From Acidimicrobiia bacterium (GTDB taxonomy: Bacteria; Actinomycetota; Acidimicrobiia; Acidimicrobiales; Bin134): 64,000 nt of DNA. A program made the translations under genes and the position numbers. Where the stretch lies: NCBI GenBank assembly GCA_022827725.1, contig JAJEIJ010000019.1:20382-84381 (forward strand), read 5' to 3'. Below the pieces are notes generated by a model that saw nothing but the letters and a program-made list of their open reading frames with translations, searched no databases and was not told the origin of the DNA. Positions 31,596 through 41,406 of the stretch are shown here, piece by piece (positions within the stretch are counted from its first letter, which is position 1; the number at the start of each line of letters is the position of its first letter).

Positions 31596-32693
31596 TCAGC
31601 TCAGGTTGAAGACGGTTCTGATGCCGATGCTCGCTCGGAGGTCTTCTAGGCCGTCGTTGATCTCGTCGATGGGGCGGCGGGCGGTGATCATGGGCTCCAG
31701 GTCGAGGCGGCCGTTCTGCCACAGGGCCAGCAGGCGGGGAACCTCTCGCTGGGAGTTGCAGCCGCCGTACAGACAGCCCAGCAGCTTCTTCTCGGCGGTG
31801 AGATACATGACCGCGGGATTGATGGTCACGGTGTGCTCGACGGCGGGGGCGCCCACCATCACCGTGGTGCCGCCGTTGCGGGTGGCGGCCAGACCGGCCT
31901 CCACCAGCGGGCCGGCTCCGGCGGCGTCGAAGGCGTAGTCGGCCCCGATACCGGCGGTGGCCTCCTGCACATGGGCCACCACGTCGGTCTCGTTCGGATC
32001 AAGCAGGTCGGTGGCCCCGAATGCCACCGCGGCGTTGCGGCGGTCGGCCACCGGGTCGGAGGCGAAGATGCGGGACGCACCGGCCAGGCGGGCACCTTGC
32101 ACCACCGACATGCCCACACCGCCCAGGCCCATCACCAGCACGGTGGCGCCTTCCTCCACCTTGGCGGTGTTGAGCACCGCGCCGACGCCAGTCTGGATGG
32201 CACAGCCGATCACAGCAGCGACTTCCAGGGGCACGTCGGGATCGATCTTCACCGCAGCGGTTTCAGCTACCAAGGTGAGCTGCCCGAATCCGGCTACGCC
32301 CAGACCCCGGTACACCGGCTGGCCGTCCATCGTGAACGGAATCGAGCCGTCGGGCATCGTTCCCATAAACATCGACGCCGCCGACGCGCACAACGTCATC
32401 TCCCCCCGCACGCACCAGTAGCACGCCCCGCACGGGCCGAACGGTGACAGCATCACATGGTCACCCTCCGCCAGGGTGTCCACTCCGGGACCTACCGCGT
32501 CGACAATCCCGGCGGCCTCGTGGCCCAAGATGATCGGGGTCATCATCTCGGGAGCATCGATCATGGTCAGATCGGAGTGGCACAGGCCGCAGTGGGTGAC
32601 CTGCACCCGCACCTGCCCCGGTCCGGGATCAACACAATCCACGTCGGCCATCACCAACGGCGTGGCCGGCGATGCCAAAAGTGCTGCCTTCAT
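31596..32693 (-). CDS. zinc-dependent alcohol dehydrogenase
   Basis: Trimmed to ATG 32693 (MKAALL...). GLCHSD, GHEAAG, structural-Zn Cys cluster (GPCGACYWC) and GLGGVG NAD fold. Confidence 0.85.
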   Translation of the reverse strand: MKAALLASPATPLVMADVDCVDPGPGQVRVQVTHCGLCHSDLTMIDAPEMMTPIILGHEAAGIVDAVGPGVDTLAEGDHVMLSPFGPCGACYWCVRGEMTLCASAASMFMGTMPDGSIPFTMDGQPVYRGLGVAGFGQLTLVAETAAVKIDPDVPLEVAAVIGCAIQTGVGAVLNTAKVEEGATVLVMGLGGVGMSVVQGARLAGASRIFASDPVADRRNAAVAFGATDLLDPNETDVVAHVQEATAGIGADYAFDAAGAGPLVEAGLAATRNGGTTVMVGAPAVEHTVTINPAVMYLTAEKKLLGCLYGGCNSQREVPRLLALWQNGRLDLEPMITARRPIDEINDGLEDLRASIGIRTVFNLS

Positions 32694-32712
32694 GGAAATC
32701 TCTTTTCTGGGT

Positions 32713-33471
32713 CTATTTCTTTCCGGCCTTCCAACCGGTGGTGGCACCGGAAACCATGCCGTAAGGGCCTGACGGCCACCGGAAGCAGTCCACCATGAGC
32801 TGATCGACTTCTTCCCGGCTGGCCACACCCTCGGCCACTACCGCGTTGGCCTCTCGGATCATGGCCCCGTACACCCGATTGGTGACGTAGCCCCAGCTCA
32901 TGGCCGAGTCTTTGATGACCACGGGGTTCTTGCCTGCGGCTGCCGCCAGGCGGCAGATGGTCTCGGTGGTCTCATCGGAGGTTTGCGGCGCCCTCACGAT
33001 CTCGGCCAGTTTCATCACCGGCGGCGGCGATGCCCAGTGCCAGCCGATCACCCTGTCGGCTCGATCGGTGGCCACCGCCAGGGCCTGTACCGGATAGCCG
33101 CTGGAGTTGGACGCCAGAATGGTGTGGTCGGGGCACTCCTTGTCGAGCTCTCGGAACAACTGAATCTTGAGGTCCAGGCGCTCGGGGACCGCTTCGATGA
33201 TCACATCGACAGCCGCAGCCGCACCTCGGTCAGTGGTGAAGTCAATGCGGCCCAGCGCAGCTTCAGCCTCGGCATCGGTCATCTTGCCCCGGGCCACTGC
33301 CCCCTGGATGCCAAACCGGCCCTCGGCCACCAGACCGGGCGCGGCCGCAACGATGTCGGGATCGATGTCGAAGGCCACCACGGGATGGCCAGCGATGGCC
33401 ATCACCTGCGCGATGCCCGAGCCCATCACCCCCGAGCCGATGACCCCGATTTTCTCTGCGCCGGCGGTCAC
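32713..33471 (-). CDS. 3-hydroxyacyl-CoA dehydrogenase (NAD-binding)
   Basis: Trimmed to GTG 33471 (GTGA overlap with the upstream stop). KIGVIGSGVMGSGIAQV Rossmann motif and SNSSG region. Confidence 0.8.
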   Translation of the reverse strand: MTAGAEKIGVIGSGVMGSGIAQVMAIAGHPVVAFDIDPDIVAAAPGLVAEGRFGIQGAVARGKMTDAEAEAALGRIDFTTDRGAAAAVDVIIEAVPERLDLKIQLFRELDKECPDHTILASNSSGYPVQALAVATDRADRVIGWHWASPPPVMKLAEIVRAPQTSDETTETICRLAAAAGKNPVVIKDSAMSWGYVTNRVYGAMIREANAVVAEGVASREEVDQLMVDCFRWPSGPYGMVSGATTGWKAGKK

Positions 33472-34184
33472 GACAGATGCGTGCCGAACCAGGCTGCCAT
33501 GCGCGACCAGCCGTCGGAGGCGGCGTCGGTGTTGTACGACGGGCGCTCGTCGCACAGGAACCCGTGGTCGGCATCGGCGTAGCGCACGATGTCGGTGGGC
33601 TGGGCATTGCCCTCGAGGTCGGACCGAAGTTGCTCGACACCCTCGACCGGGATCATGCCGTCGAGGTCGCCGAACAGGCCCAGCCACGGGCACTGGAGGT
33701 CGCCGTGTCGGTCGGCCAGCTTGGGCTGGCCCGGGGTGAACCCGTCGGTCACGATGGCCCCGCCGTAGTAGGTGACCGCCGCGCCCACTGGGCGGCTGAT
33801 GGCCGTCAGGAAGGTGACCCGGCCGCCCATGCAGAATCCGGTGATGCCCACCTTGTTGGACGGAATCCCCTGGTCGGCCAGATAGCCGAGAGCGGCATCC
33901 ACGTCCATCAGGGAGTGGGAGTCGAGGAGGTTGCCCATCATCTCGAATATCTTGTCCATCTCGTCGTAGCCGGCCAGATTGTTCTCATAGCGGTGATAAA
34001 GATCAGGGGCCACCGCCAGATAGCCCTCGGCTGCTACCCGTCGGGTTACGTCCTCGATATGGCCATTCAGCCCGAAGGCCTCCATGATCACGATTACCGC
34101 GGCACTCGGCTCGCCATCGGGGCGGGCGACGTACAGCCTCATCGGGCCATCGGCAGTGGAGAGTTCTACGTTCTCGGTTTCCAT
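33468..34184 (-). CDS. dienelactone hydrolase family protein
   Basis: VIVIMEAFGLN, GITGFCMGG (Cys nucleophile elbow) and C-terminal ADHGF. Confidence 0.85.
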   Translation of the reverse strand: METENVELSTADGPMRLYVARPDGEPSAAVIVIMEAFGLNGHIEDVTRRVAAEGYLAVAPDLYHRYENNLAGYDEMDKIFEMMGNLLDSHSLMDVDAALGYLADQGIPSNKVGITGFCMGGRVTFLTAISRPVGAAVTYYGGAIVTDGFTPGQPKLADRHGDLQCPWLGLFGDLDGMIPVEGVEQLRSDLEGNAQPTDIVRYADADHGFLCDERPSYNTDAASDGWSRMAAWFGTHLS

Positions 34185-34219
34185 GGCTGCCGATGGTAGT
34201 TCTCGGTTCGACCAGCGGC

Positions 34220-34768
34220 CTATTGGTCAGGACGGGGAGCATAAACCGGATCAGAGCGGTCTCGGCTGCCCCGCAAGAAGCGCTCATCGAAAGGACGGAA
34301 CTGCTCTTCTCGCACCCATTCCGTGGTAGCCACCCGCCGTTGGATGAGCCAAGGTCCGCCGCCTCGCCGGCACAAGTCGTCAATGAAGCGGAAGCCCACC
34401 GACAGGTTCAATTCCGGCGGCCCTCCCTCAGTCCAATGCCGGGCGATGCCGTGAGCTTCGGAGCGAGCCCATTGCACAGTGCCCCCATCGGCAGAAGTTG
34501 CCAACTCCGGGTCGACTTCCACGAACACGTTCAACACGTTGTGGACCGAGCCGGTGTAGCGACGCAACAGACGCTCGCTCCACACCAGATACTCGTCCAC
34601 AGTGCCCTCGAAGGTGCCGTGGGAATCGGTGGCGTCCGGGTGGTAGCACGAGCGGACCAGCTCCATGTCGAGGCGGTCCACCCCCCGGCAGTACCGATAC
34701 AGCAGTTCGATGATCTCTTGCTTGGACAAAAGTTCGGCAAGCTGGGCCTGGCTGTCCACAGCCGCCAT
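34220..34768 (-). CDS. SnoaL-like / NTF2-fold protein
   Basis: Trimmed to ATG 34768 (MAAVDSQAQLAELLSKQEIIELLYRYCRGVDRLD...), typical of the SnoaL_4 type. The upstream part of the track ORF is low-complexity and overlaps a plus-strand gene. Confidence 0.7.
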   Translation of the reverse strand: MAAVDSQAQLAELLSKQEIIELLYRYCRGVDRLDMELVRSCYHPDATDSHGTFEGTVDEYLVWSERLLRRYTGSVHNVLNVFVEVDPELATSADGGTVQWARSEAHGIARHWTEGGPPELNLSVGFRFIDDLCRRGGGPWLIQRRVATTEWVREEQFRPFDERFLRGSRDRSDPVYAPRPDQ

Positions 34769-34814
34769 TCTGCCCTGCCAGCAGGCTGTTGGTCTGGTTA
34801 GACTCAGCATTGAG

Positions 34815-35117
34815 TTGGCAGCGAACCCCGAGCCCGAGGCCTCTTGGCATACCGACCCATTCGGGCGGCATGACGCCCGATGGTGGGATGGTGCAAAATG
34901 GACTGAAAAGGTCCGCGACGGAGAGCAGCCCGGTATCGACCCGCCTGGCATCGCAGTGGCCCCCCAGGCAATCCCCCTTAACGAGCCAGCCCCGCCCATC
35001 CCCAGCCGGCGAATGATCCGCCTCTTCGGCAAACGGCTGCCCGGTGCCATGCTGCTGGCGTCAGTGACCCTCGTTGCCGTGATCGTGCTGGTAATCGTGG
35101 TGGCGGTGCTCATCTGA
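34815..35117 (+). CDS. DUF2510-like small membrane-anchored protein
   Basis: WHTDPFGRHDARWWDGAKWTEKV (W..DP.G....RWWDG..WT motif) and C-terminal TM LLASVTLVAVIVLVIVVAVLI. Start (TTG 34815) is a guess. Confidence 0.5.
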   Translation: MAANPEPEASWHTDPFGRHDARWWDGAKWTEKVRDGEQPGIDPPGIAVAPQAIPLNEPAPPIPSRRMIRLFGKRLPGAMLLASVTLVAVIVLVIVVAVLI

Positions 35118-35173
35118 AGGGCCCAGAGCTCTCAACAACTCCTTGATCGACATCTCCCGGTAGTGTCCTGGCC

Positions 35174-35917
35174 GTGGCAAAACGAGAGATCATCTTGCAC
35201 GAGTATGTCGACATCATGGGCCAGGCGGCGTGGCCCTACATGGAGCACATCAAGATCCAGAACCGGGACGCCCGGGTCGGTTTCGAGCTCCTGGGCACTT
35301 GGTACACCATGGGGATCACTGCCCGCTGGCCTCAGGTGGTGAACCTGTGGGACTCGGGGGGCTGGGACGGCTGGCTCGAGCGGGTGGATCGGCTCAACTT
35401 GAAGCGCAAGTCCAACAACCTGCTCGACGAATGGTGGGAGGAGGCCTACAAACTCCGCACCGGAGGCTACGACCGAGTGCTGGGATCAGTGCCCGAATCG
35501 CCTCCGATAGCATCGGTGCTCGCCGGTGAGGTGCGGGGCACGCTGTACATCCACGAGTTGACCGAGGTGCGGCCGGGATCGGCCCGCGATTATCTGGCCG
35601 CCATGGCTGCCGACTACCTGCCCGCCGCCACCGACTACGGCTACACCTGCATGGGGCTGTGGGAGGTGCTGCACCACGACTATGAGGTGTGCACGGTGTG
35701 GGCCGCTTCCCCTGAGGCCTATATTCGACTGAACAAAGCTACCGACGCGGCCGGCGGATTCGACGAGGGGGTCGACGGCGACGACCGGCTCGTAGCGTGG
35801 CGGACCACGGCCCAGCAGTACACCACCCGCTTTAGGGAGGAGCTGATGACCCCAGCCCCCGGCACGCTCACCGGCCCCGAGGCATACGAAGACGACACCT
35901 ATATCAATCGGCCATAG
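35174..35917 (+). CDS. hypothetical protein, possibly NIPSNAP-like
   Basis: 247 aa ORF with normal composition and two repeats of a ferredoxin-like pattern (GTWYTMG...NLW; MGLWEVLHHDYEVCTVWA). Family assignment is tentative. Confidence 0.5.
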   Translation: MAKREIILHEYVDIMGQAAWPYMEHIKIQNRDARVGFELLGTWYTMGITARWPQVVNLWDSGGWDGWLERVDRLNLKRKSNNLLDEWWEEAYKLRTGGYDRVLGSVPESPPIASVLAGEVRGTLYIHELTEVRPGSARDYLAAMAADYLPAATDYGYTCMGLWEVLHHDYEVCTVWAASPEAYIRLNKATDAAGGFDEGVDGDDRLVAWRTTAQQYTTRFREELMTPAPGTLTGPEAYEDDTYINRP

Positions 35918-35953
35918 GCATCAAACGGTCATAGGCAGAGAGGAGCACCAACC

Positions 35954-37078
35954 ATGCGGGGCATCTTGTTCGACGGCGAGGGCGCGGTTGTGGTCGATGG
36001 GCTCGGGGTGACCGATCTCGAACCCGATCAGGTTCGAGTGCGGATCGGGGCAGCCGGGGTGTGTCATTCCGACGTGTCGGTGATCAACGGGACCTTTGGA
36101 CAGATGTTCTCTCCGCCATTCGTGATGGGCCATGAGGGTGCCGGACAGGTGGTGGCGGTGGGCAGCGATGTGACAACCGTGGAGGCCGGCGATCACGTGG
36201 TGATCGCCACCATCGACAACTGCGGGCGCTGCTCGGTGTGTGCCACTGGCCACCCCACCTTGTGCCAGACCTCCAAGCTCGGTGCGGCCATCGCCAAGCG
36301 CAACGAGACCGGCGAGGAGCCCGGCCCCGGCGACTTGCCCGCCTACTTCACCTACCAGGGCGAGGAGATCATGGGCTTCGCCAACACCGGCGTGTTCGCC
36401 GAGGAGGTTGTGGTCGGTCAGGGCCAGGTGGTGGCCATCGACAAGCGGGTGCCGTTCACCAGCGCCTGCCTCATCGGCTGCGGCGTGCTCACCGGCACCG
36501 GCGCCATCTTCAACCGGGCCCAGGTCTACCGGGGCGACTCTGTGGCGGTAATCGGCGTGGGGGGCATCGGCCTCAACGTGATCCAGGCCGCCCGCATCGC
36601 CGGGGCCACCAAGATCGTCGCCGTCGACAACAACCCCGCCAAGGAGGGATTTGCCCGCCAATTCGGCGCCACTCACTTCGTGGACTCCGGCCAAGACCCG
36701 TCAATCGAGACCGTGCGGGAGATCACCGCAGGCGGGGTGGACTGCTCGGTGGAATGCGTGGGCAACACCTCGCTGATGATGGACGCGGTGGAGATGCTGC
36801 GCCCCGGCGGCAGCATGGTGATCTTGGGAGTGGCGGGCATGGACTCCCGGATGGAGCTCGCCCCGTTCAAGCTCTACCAGAACAAGTCGATCATGGGCTG
36901 CCGCTACGGATCAGCCCGCCCCGCGTTCGACATTCCCGCCCTGGTGGACTTGTATCTCGACGGCCGCCTGCTGCTGGACGAGTTGGTGTCGGCCACCTAC
37001 GACCTAGCCGAGCTCGACAAGGCGTTCGAAGACCTCGAGGCCGGGAAGCTGGCCCGAGGCGTGCTCGATCTGAGTTGA
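35954..37078 (+). CDS. zinc-dependent alcohol dehydrogenase (class III/formaldehyde-dehydrogenase-like)
   Basis: GVCHSD, GHEGAG, structural Zn site CGRCSVCATGHPTLC, and GVGGIGLNVIQ NAD fold. Confidence 0.85.
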   Translation: MRGILFDGEGAVVVDGLGVTDLEPDQVRVRIGAAGVCHSDVSVINGTFGQMFSPPFVMGHEGAGQVVAVGSDVTTVEAGDHVVIATIDNCGRCSVCATGHPTLCQTSKLGAAIAKRNETGEEPGPGDLPAYFTYQGEEIMGFANTGVFAEEVVVGQGQVVAIDKRVPFTSACLIGCGVLTGTGAIFNRAQVYRGDSVAVIGVGGIGLNVIQAARIAGATKIVAVDNNPAKEGFARQFGATHFVDSGQDPSIETVREITAGGVDCSVECVGNTSLMMDAVEMLRPGGSMVILGVAGMDSRMELAPFKLYQNKSIMGCRYGSARPAFDIPALVDLYLDGRLLLDELVSATYDLAELDKAFEDLEAGKLARGVLDLS

Positions 37079-37117
37079 TCCTCAGGCCGCTCGGTACTCC
37101 CGAGGGGCCCTGGATCC

Positions 37118-38284
37118 CTAGGCTGCCGGCGTCTCGGTGATGTCGGCGTCGAGGTCTAGCTCGAAGTACTTGGCCGGGTTCTCCAACAGCACCTTGCGGG
37201 AGATCGACTCGTCCACCTTGGTGAAGTTCTCCTCGATGAACTCCTGGGAGTCGGGGAACGACCCCACCGAGTGGGGGAAGTCGGTGCCCCACATGATGTT
37301 GTCCCACGGGATGATATCGACCATGTCGAACACCACCGGATCGCGGATCACGCTGAAGTGGAAGTGGTCGAGTATCTGCTCGCTGGGCTTGCGCTCGTAG
37401 TTCACCTTGAACCAGTCGCCGAACAGGTCGTAGTTGTCGTCCATGAAGTAAAGCGTGCCGGGCAGCCAGCTCGCGTTGGTCTCGGCGAAGTAGAACTTGA
37501 TCTCCGGGAACCGCTCCAGCACGCCAGCGGCGATGAGCTGGGCCATGCAGTACACCGGGGCGTGGTTGCCGGCCCGCTGCACCAGAGCGGAGGCCCATGG
37601 GCTGTCGGACGTTCCCTTGGCCGCCGATTGGGCCGGTGCCTGCCCCGCGCCGAAGCCGAAGTGGGGGGCCAGCTTGAGGCCCAGTTCCAGGCTCTTCTCC
37701 CAGAACCGGTCGTCCACCGGGTCGGCATAGGGGGTGCCGTTGGGAAAGTTGTAGAATGCCACCGAAGGCAGTCCCGCTTCCGCGACGAACTCCAGTTCCT
37801 CCACCGCATGGTCGATGCCGGTGATGGGGGTCACCGCGTTGCCGATGAGCCGGTCGGGGGCCACCGAGCAGTAGTCATGGGCCAAGAAGGTGTTGTAGGC
37901 CCGGATCATGGAGCGGTACACGTCGGGGTCCTTGATGCCCTCGAGGAACCGGCTGGCGAACACCGGCGGGAACAGCACCTCAGCGTCGATGCCGTCGAGA
38001 TCTTGTTCCCGGAGGCGCTGCTCGGCGGGACCGGCGCCCTCAGCAGGACTGCCGTCGTCGTTGAAGTAGGTGCCGCCAGAGAACTTCACCTTGTCGCGCC
38101 CAGCAATGTTCTGGCCGTTGCGAAGCATGGGCTGGCCCTCAATGAGCCACCCCTCTCCCCCTTCGGGGAGGTGGATCAACCGGGGTGCCCGATCCTTGTA
38201 TTGCTCGGGGACATACTTCACGAATACATCAGGAGGCGTCTCCACATGCCCGTCAGCGCTGATTACCTTGTACTTTCGGCCCAT
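37118..38284 (-). CDS. amidohydrolase_2 family protein (ACMSD-type decarboxylase/hydrolase), paralogue 1
   Basis: MGRKYKVISADGHVETP (metal-binding N-terminus) and C-terminal IMWGTDFPHSVG. Confidence 0.85.
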   Translation of the reverse strand: MGRKYKVISADGHVETPPDVFVKYVPEQYKDRAPRLIHLPEGGEGWLIEGQPMLRNGQNIAGRDKVKFSGGTYFNDDGSPAEGAGPAEQRLREQDLDGIDAEVLFPPVFASRFLEGIKDPDVYRSMIRAYNTFLAHDYCSVAPDRLIGNAVTPITGIDHAVEELEFVAEAGLPSVAFYNFPNGTPYADPVDDRFWEKSLELGLKLAPHFGFGAGQAPAQSAAKGTSDSPWASALVQRAGNHAPVYCMAQLIAAGVLERFPEIKFYFAETNASWLPGTLYFMDDNYDLFGDWFKVNYERKPSEQILDHFHFSVIRDPVVFDMVDIIPWDNIMWGTDFPHSVGSFPDSQEFIEENFTKVDESISRKVLLENPAKYFELDLDADITETPAA

Positions 38285-39599
38285 GGTCGGAGCTTATTCT
38301 TCTCAAGCGGAATCAAGTAAACCTGGACTGCTCAAGAACAGAGCGCTCGCAGCCTGGATTGCTGTTGGGCTGGCCTTAGCCCTGATCACTGCGGGGTGCT
38401 CTTCCAACGACGACGATTCGCAGCCTGCCGCGCCCATCGTTGAACAGCCGACCGAGGCACCCACGCCTGCCCCAACCGAGACGCCGACGCCAACCGAAGC
38501 CCCCACACCAGCGGCAACGCCCGAACCTGAACCCACGGAGGCATCAGTACCGACTCCCGAGCCGACGCCACAACCCACCCCGGCGCCCACTCCCGCTCCC
38601 CCTCTGGTCTTCACCGAGTTCGGCGACCTCCCCGTAGGGGTGAGAACCCTTGAGTTGGGAGAAGAACCCGGACAGCAGCCCCTGTCTGTTTGGTATCCCG
38701 CCGACTCAGCCGCGGTGGCGGGCATGGAAACTGAGGTCTATGACTCGGCCCAGGCCATTCCGGCAGCATTTCGAGCCTTGATTCCCGAGAGCATGCAGAG
38801 CGCGGTAGAGACCAACTCTTATCGCGATGCGCTGCTGGCCGACGGGGACCCCTATCCGGTGGTCATCTACAGCCACGGGTTTGGTGGCCACCGAGACGTT
38901 GCCATCTTTCTGACCACCCATTTGGCTTCGCACGGCTTCGTGGTTGCGTCCCCCGAGCACATCCACAGGAATCTGCCTGCCCAGGCCTTTGGCACCGCAG
39001 AGTTCAGCCCCGAGAAAGATCAGGCCGATGTGGCCAACACCCTGGCTGCGCTGGAATCGGCACTCGGAGACGCCGTCGACACCGCCAAAGTGGGAGTAAT
39101 CGGGCATTCCGCGGGGGCAAGAACCGCACTGGACGCGCTGGCCAACGAGGCGGTTTTAGCCGCTATACCACTGGCCGGCGGCGGAGAATCTCCCCCGGAG
39201 GCCGCCGACAAATCGATTCTGGTGGTGGTCGCAGAATTGGATCTCACCGTGCCCACCGAAAACAGCCTGGCCAGCTACGACTCAGCCCCCGGACCTAGAA
39301 CGTTCGTCAATCTGGCTCGGGCCGGCCACAACAGCTTCACCGACAGCTGTCCTGTCATCCTTGCGGGCGGTGGGCTGGGCATGCTCGAACCTCTTCTCGG
39401 TGCAGAGCAGGTAGCCCGGGCCGAAGACGGATGCACTCCGGAAAACGCTGATCCCCTGGCCATGCAAGCCGCCCTCAAACACCTGGCGACAACTTTTTTC
39501 CTGGTCAATCTGACCGGTCGGCCCGGTGCTGGGGTCACCCCCGAATTCGCCGACCTCATTGACGGTGTCGAACTAGCCGATTACCGCGCCGGGGGTTGA
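38283..39599 (+). CDS. secreted/lipoprotein alpha/beta hydrolase (PAF-acetylhydrolase-like) with Pro/Thr-rich linker
   Basis: Signal/lipobox-like AAWIAVGLALALITAGCSS, PT-rich linker (about 38440-38610), YPVVIYSHGFGGHRD and GVIGHSAGA nucleophile elbow. Start is uncertain (ATG 38283 or a downstream alternative). Confidence 0.7.
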   Translation: MVGAYSSQAESSKPGLLKNRALAAWIAVGLALALITAGCSSNDDDSQPAAPIVEQPTEAPTPAPTETPTPTEAPTPAATPEPEPTEASVPTPEPTPQPTPAPTPAPPLVFTEFGDLPVGVRTLELGEEPGQQPLSVWYPADSAAVAGMETEVYDSAQAIPAAFRALIPESMQSAVETNSYRDALLADGDPYPVVIYSHGFGGHRDVAIFLTTHLASHGFVVASPEHIHRNLPAQAFGTAEFSPEKDQADVANTLAALESALGDAVDTAKVGVIGHSAGARTALDALANEAVLAAIPLAGGGESPPEAADKSILVVVAELDLTVPTENSLASYDSAPGPRTFVNLARAGHNSFTDSCPVILAGGGLGMLEPLLGAEQVARAEDGCTPENADPLAMQAALKHLATTFFLVNLTGRPGAGVTPEFADLIDGVELADYRAGG

Positions 39600-39605
39600 G
39601 GGCAC

Positions 39606-40577
39606 TCAGTCCAAACCCAGATGGCCGCGCACAAAGCGGCGATATCCGGCTGCGCTCCAGTTGTCGTGGTCCTCCCCCCAGCCAACCGCGTCCCCAAACG
39701 TCCACTCGCTGAGGCAGTTCCACGTCCATAGGTTGGGGTTGAGGTGTACGCCGATCCGGTTCACCGCTCGACTGGTGGCCACCAGCTCACGCCCCGCCTC
39801 ATCTTCCGCCTCGATACGCACCACAGTAGGAGCGCCAGTACCGGGGTCGCGCTCCAGCACGTCGCGGCGGCCCTGGCCGGGCACTAGCCGGGAGTACTCG
39901 CCCTCGCGCAGGTAATAGCCGTGGATCACGGTGCAGTCGGGGTCGTCGCCCTCTCCGTAGGCCATGGTCAGGGCGTGGAAGCCGTCGGTGTCCGATGCAG
40001 TGGCGTAGCTGTAGCCACCCCGAACCGCCCCGTGCAGCGTGGCGCCGAACTGGCTGCGAGACCCCCACGATCGGTCCCTCATCCCGTAGGCGTCTACCTC
40101 ATAGACATCGTCGCCCAACCGGATGGTGCCTTGGTAGCGGCCCGGCTGGTCCAAATGTCCGTCGCCCAAGTAGTTGGGTGGGCACACCGCGGTGAATGTC
40201 AGGTCCACCTCGGCTTCCCCGTCGTCTTGGCATAGGAATCTGATCCGGTACTTCTTCAGCGGCTCGATCGCCTGGTAGCGGATGCCATTGGGGAGCTCGA
40301 TATCGCTCAGCGGCTGATCGGGCAGGGGCAGGTGCCAGAAGTTCTTGGCATAGCGGCAGTTCCAAATCTGGTCACCACCGGTGTCCCAGAAGAACGCTCC
40401 GCCCGATGTGACCCCCTGGTTGGGTCGGAAGAACGGGTACAGCTGGCCCGAAAGCTGGTGCTCTGGGGCGGCGAAAGTGAACCAACAGGTCTCGGTCCAG
40501 TAGGGGTCGTCGGACGTCGGCGGGTGGAACTCGTCGTCGGGATGAGTGGCGGAGCCAGTAGAGGGGTTAGCGGACAT
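39606..40577 (-). CDS. conserved hypothetical protein
   Basis: Well-behaved ~320 aa ORF (DDPYWTETCWFTFAAPEHQLSGQLYPFF...YGMRDRSWGSRSQFG). Start set at ATG 40577. No family recognised with confidence. Confidence 0.55.
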   Translation of the reverse strand: MSANPSTGSATHPDDEFHPPTSDDPYWTETCWFTFAAPEHQLSGQLYPFFRPNQGVTSGGAFFWDTGGDQIWNCRYAKNFWHLPLPDQPLSDIELPNGIRYQAIEPLKKYRIRFLCQDDGEAEVDLTFTAVCPPNYLGDGHLDQPGRYQGTIRLGDDVYEVDAYGMRDRSWGSRSQFGATLHGAVRGGYSYATASDTDGFHALTMAYGEGDDPDCTVIHGYYLREGEYSRLVPGQGRRDVLERDPGTGAPTVVRIEAEDEAGRELVATSRAVNRIGVHLNPNLWTWNCLSEWTFGDAVGWGEDHDNWSAAGYRRFVRGHLGLD

Positions 40578-40590
40578 GGGGTGCCATGCT

Positions 40591-41406
40591 ATGGGAGTGA
40601 CCCTAGATCCTGACGATCTGGTGCTCAGCTCGGGTTCGCTGGACAATCCCTCAATTGAGGTGCTGGTGGAGGCCGCAGTGATTGGAGGTTTCGCCGGGTT
40701 GACCCTGTGGCCGGCGATCTATCCCCCCGATCCGACCATCGGCGAGCGCATTCGCGATGCCGGGCTGGCGGTTGTGGACATGGACGCCGTCATCGTATGG
40801 GTGGGACCAGACGACCCTGGCGGGCCGTACTACGAGGAAGCCCCTCGCGAATTGGTGTTCGAAGCAGCCGCCGCGCTGGGGGCCACCGGGGTGAACAGTC
40901 TCTTGGTATGCCCCGGAACGGCCTCCAAAGAACAGGCAACGGAAGCCATGGCCGATTTGGCCGATCAAGCGGCAGCCATCGGAGTGGACGTGTACATGGA
41001 GTTCAGCCGCAGTCGGCCCATCCCCGACCCGCAGACCAGTGCTGAGGTGGTAGCCGCCACCGGCCGGGCCAACTGCGGCCTGACAGTGGACTTCTGGCAC
41101 GTGCACTACGGGCCCGGAGACTTTGCCGACTTCGCCTCCATTCCCGGTTATCTGATCGGAGCCATCCAACTCAACGACGCTCCAGCCGATGTTCCCGACG
41201 ACCTGGGATGGGCTACCCGCTATCAGCGCTGCGTGCCTGGCGAGGGGGTCATGGAACTGACCAACGCGCTGCGCACCCTGCGGGACGCCGGGTGCCAGGC
41301 GCCTCTGACCTTGGAGGTGTTCGATGGCAGCCGCCTAGAGGCGCTGGGGGCCGTGGGATTTGCCCGCCTGCTGGGCGACGCCACCCGCCAGCTAATCCAA
41401 AACTAG
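40591..41406 (+). CDS. sugar phosphate isomerase/epimerase (xylose-isomerase-like TIM barrel)
   Basis: GFAGLTLW, VYMEFSR, DFWHV and LTLEVF patterns typical of AP_endonuc_2/TIM barrel proteins. Start is ATG 40591 or 40576. Confidence 0.75.
   Translation: MGVTLDPDDLVLSSGSLDNPSIEVLVEAAVIGGFAGLTLWPAIYPPDPTIGERIRDAGLAVVDMDAVIVWVGPDDPGGPYYEEAPRELVFEAAAALGATGVNSLLVCPGTASKEQATEAMADLADQAAAIGVDVYMEFSRSRPIPDPQTSAEVVAATGRANCGLTVDFWHVHYGPGDFADFASIPGYLIGAIQLNDAPADVPDDLGWATRYQRCVPGEGVMELTNALRTLRDAGCQAPLTLEVFDGSRLEALGAVGFARLLGDATRQLIQN

Noticed and set aside
38440-38610. Repetitive CCGAC/ACGCC-rich DNA that looks like a nucleotide repeat array
   Set aside because: It encodes a Pro/Thr/Glu/Ala-rich linker (PTEAPTPAPTETPTPTEAPTPAATPEPEPTE...) within the lipoprotein hydrolase. 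There is no spacer-repeat periodicity.
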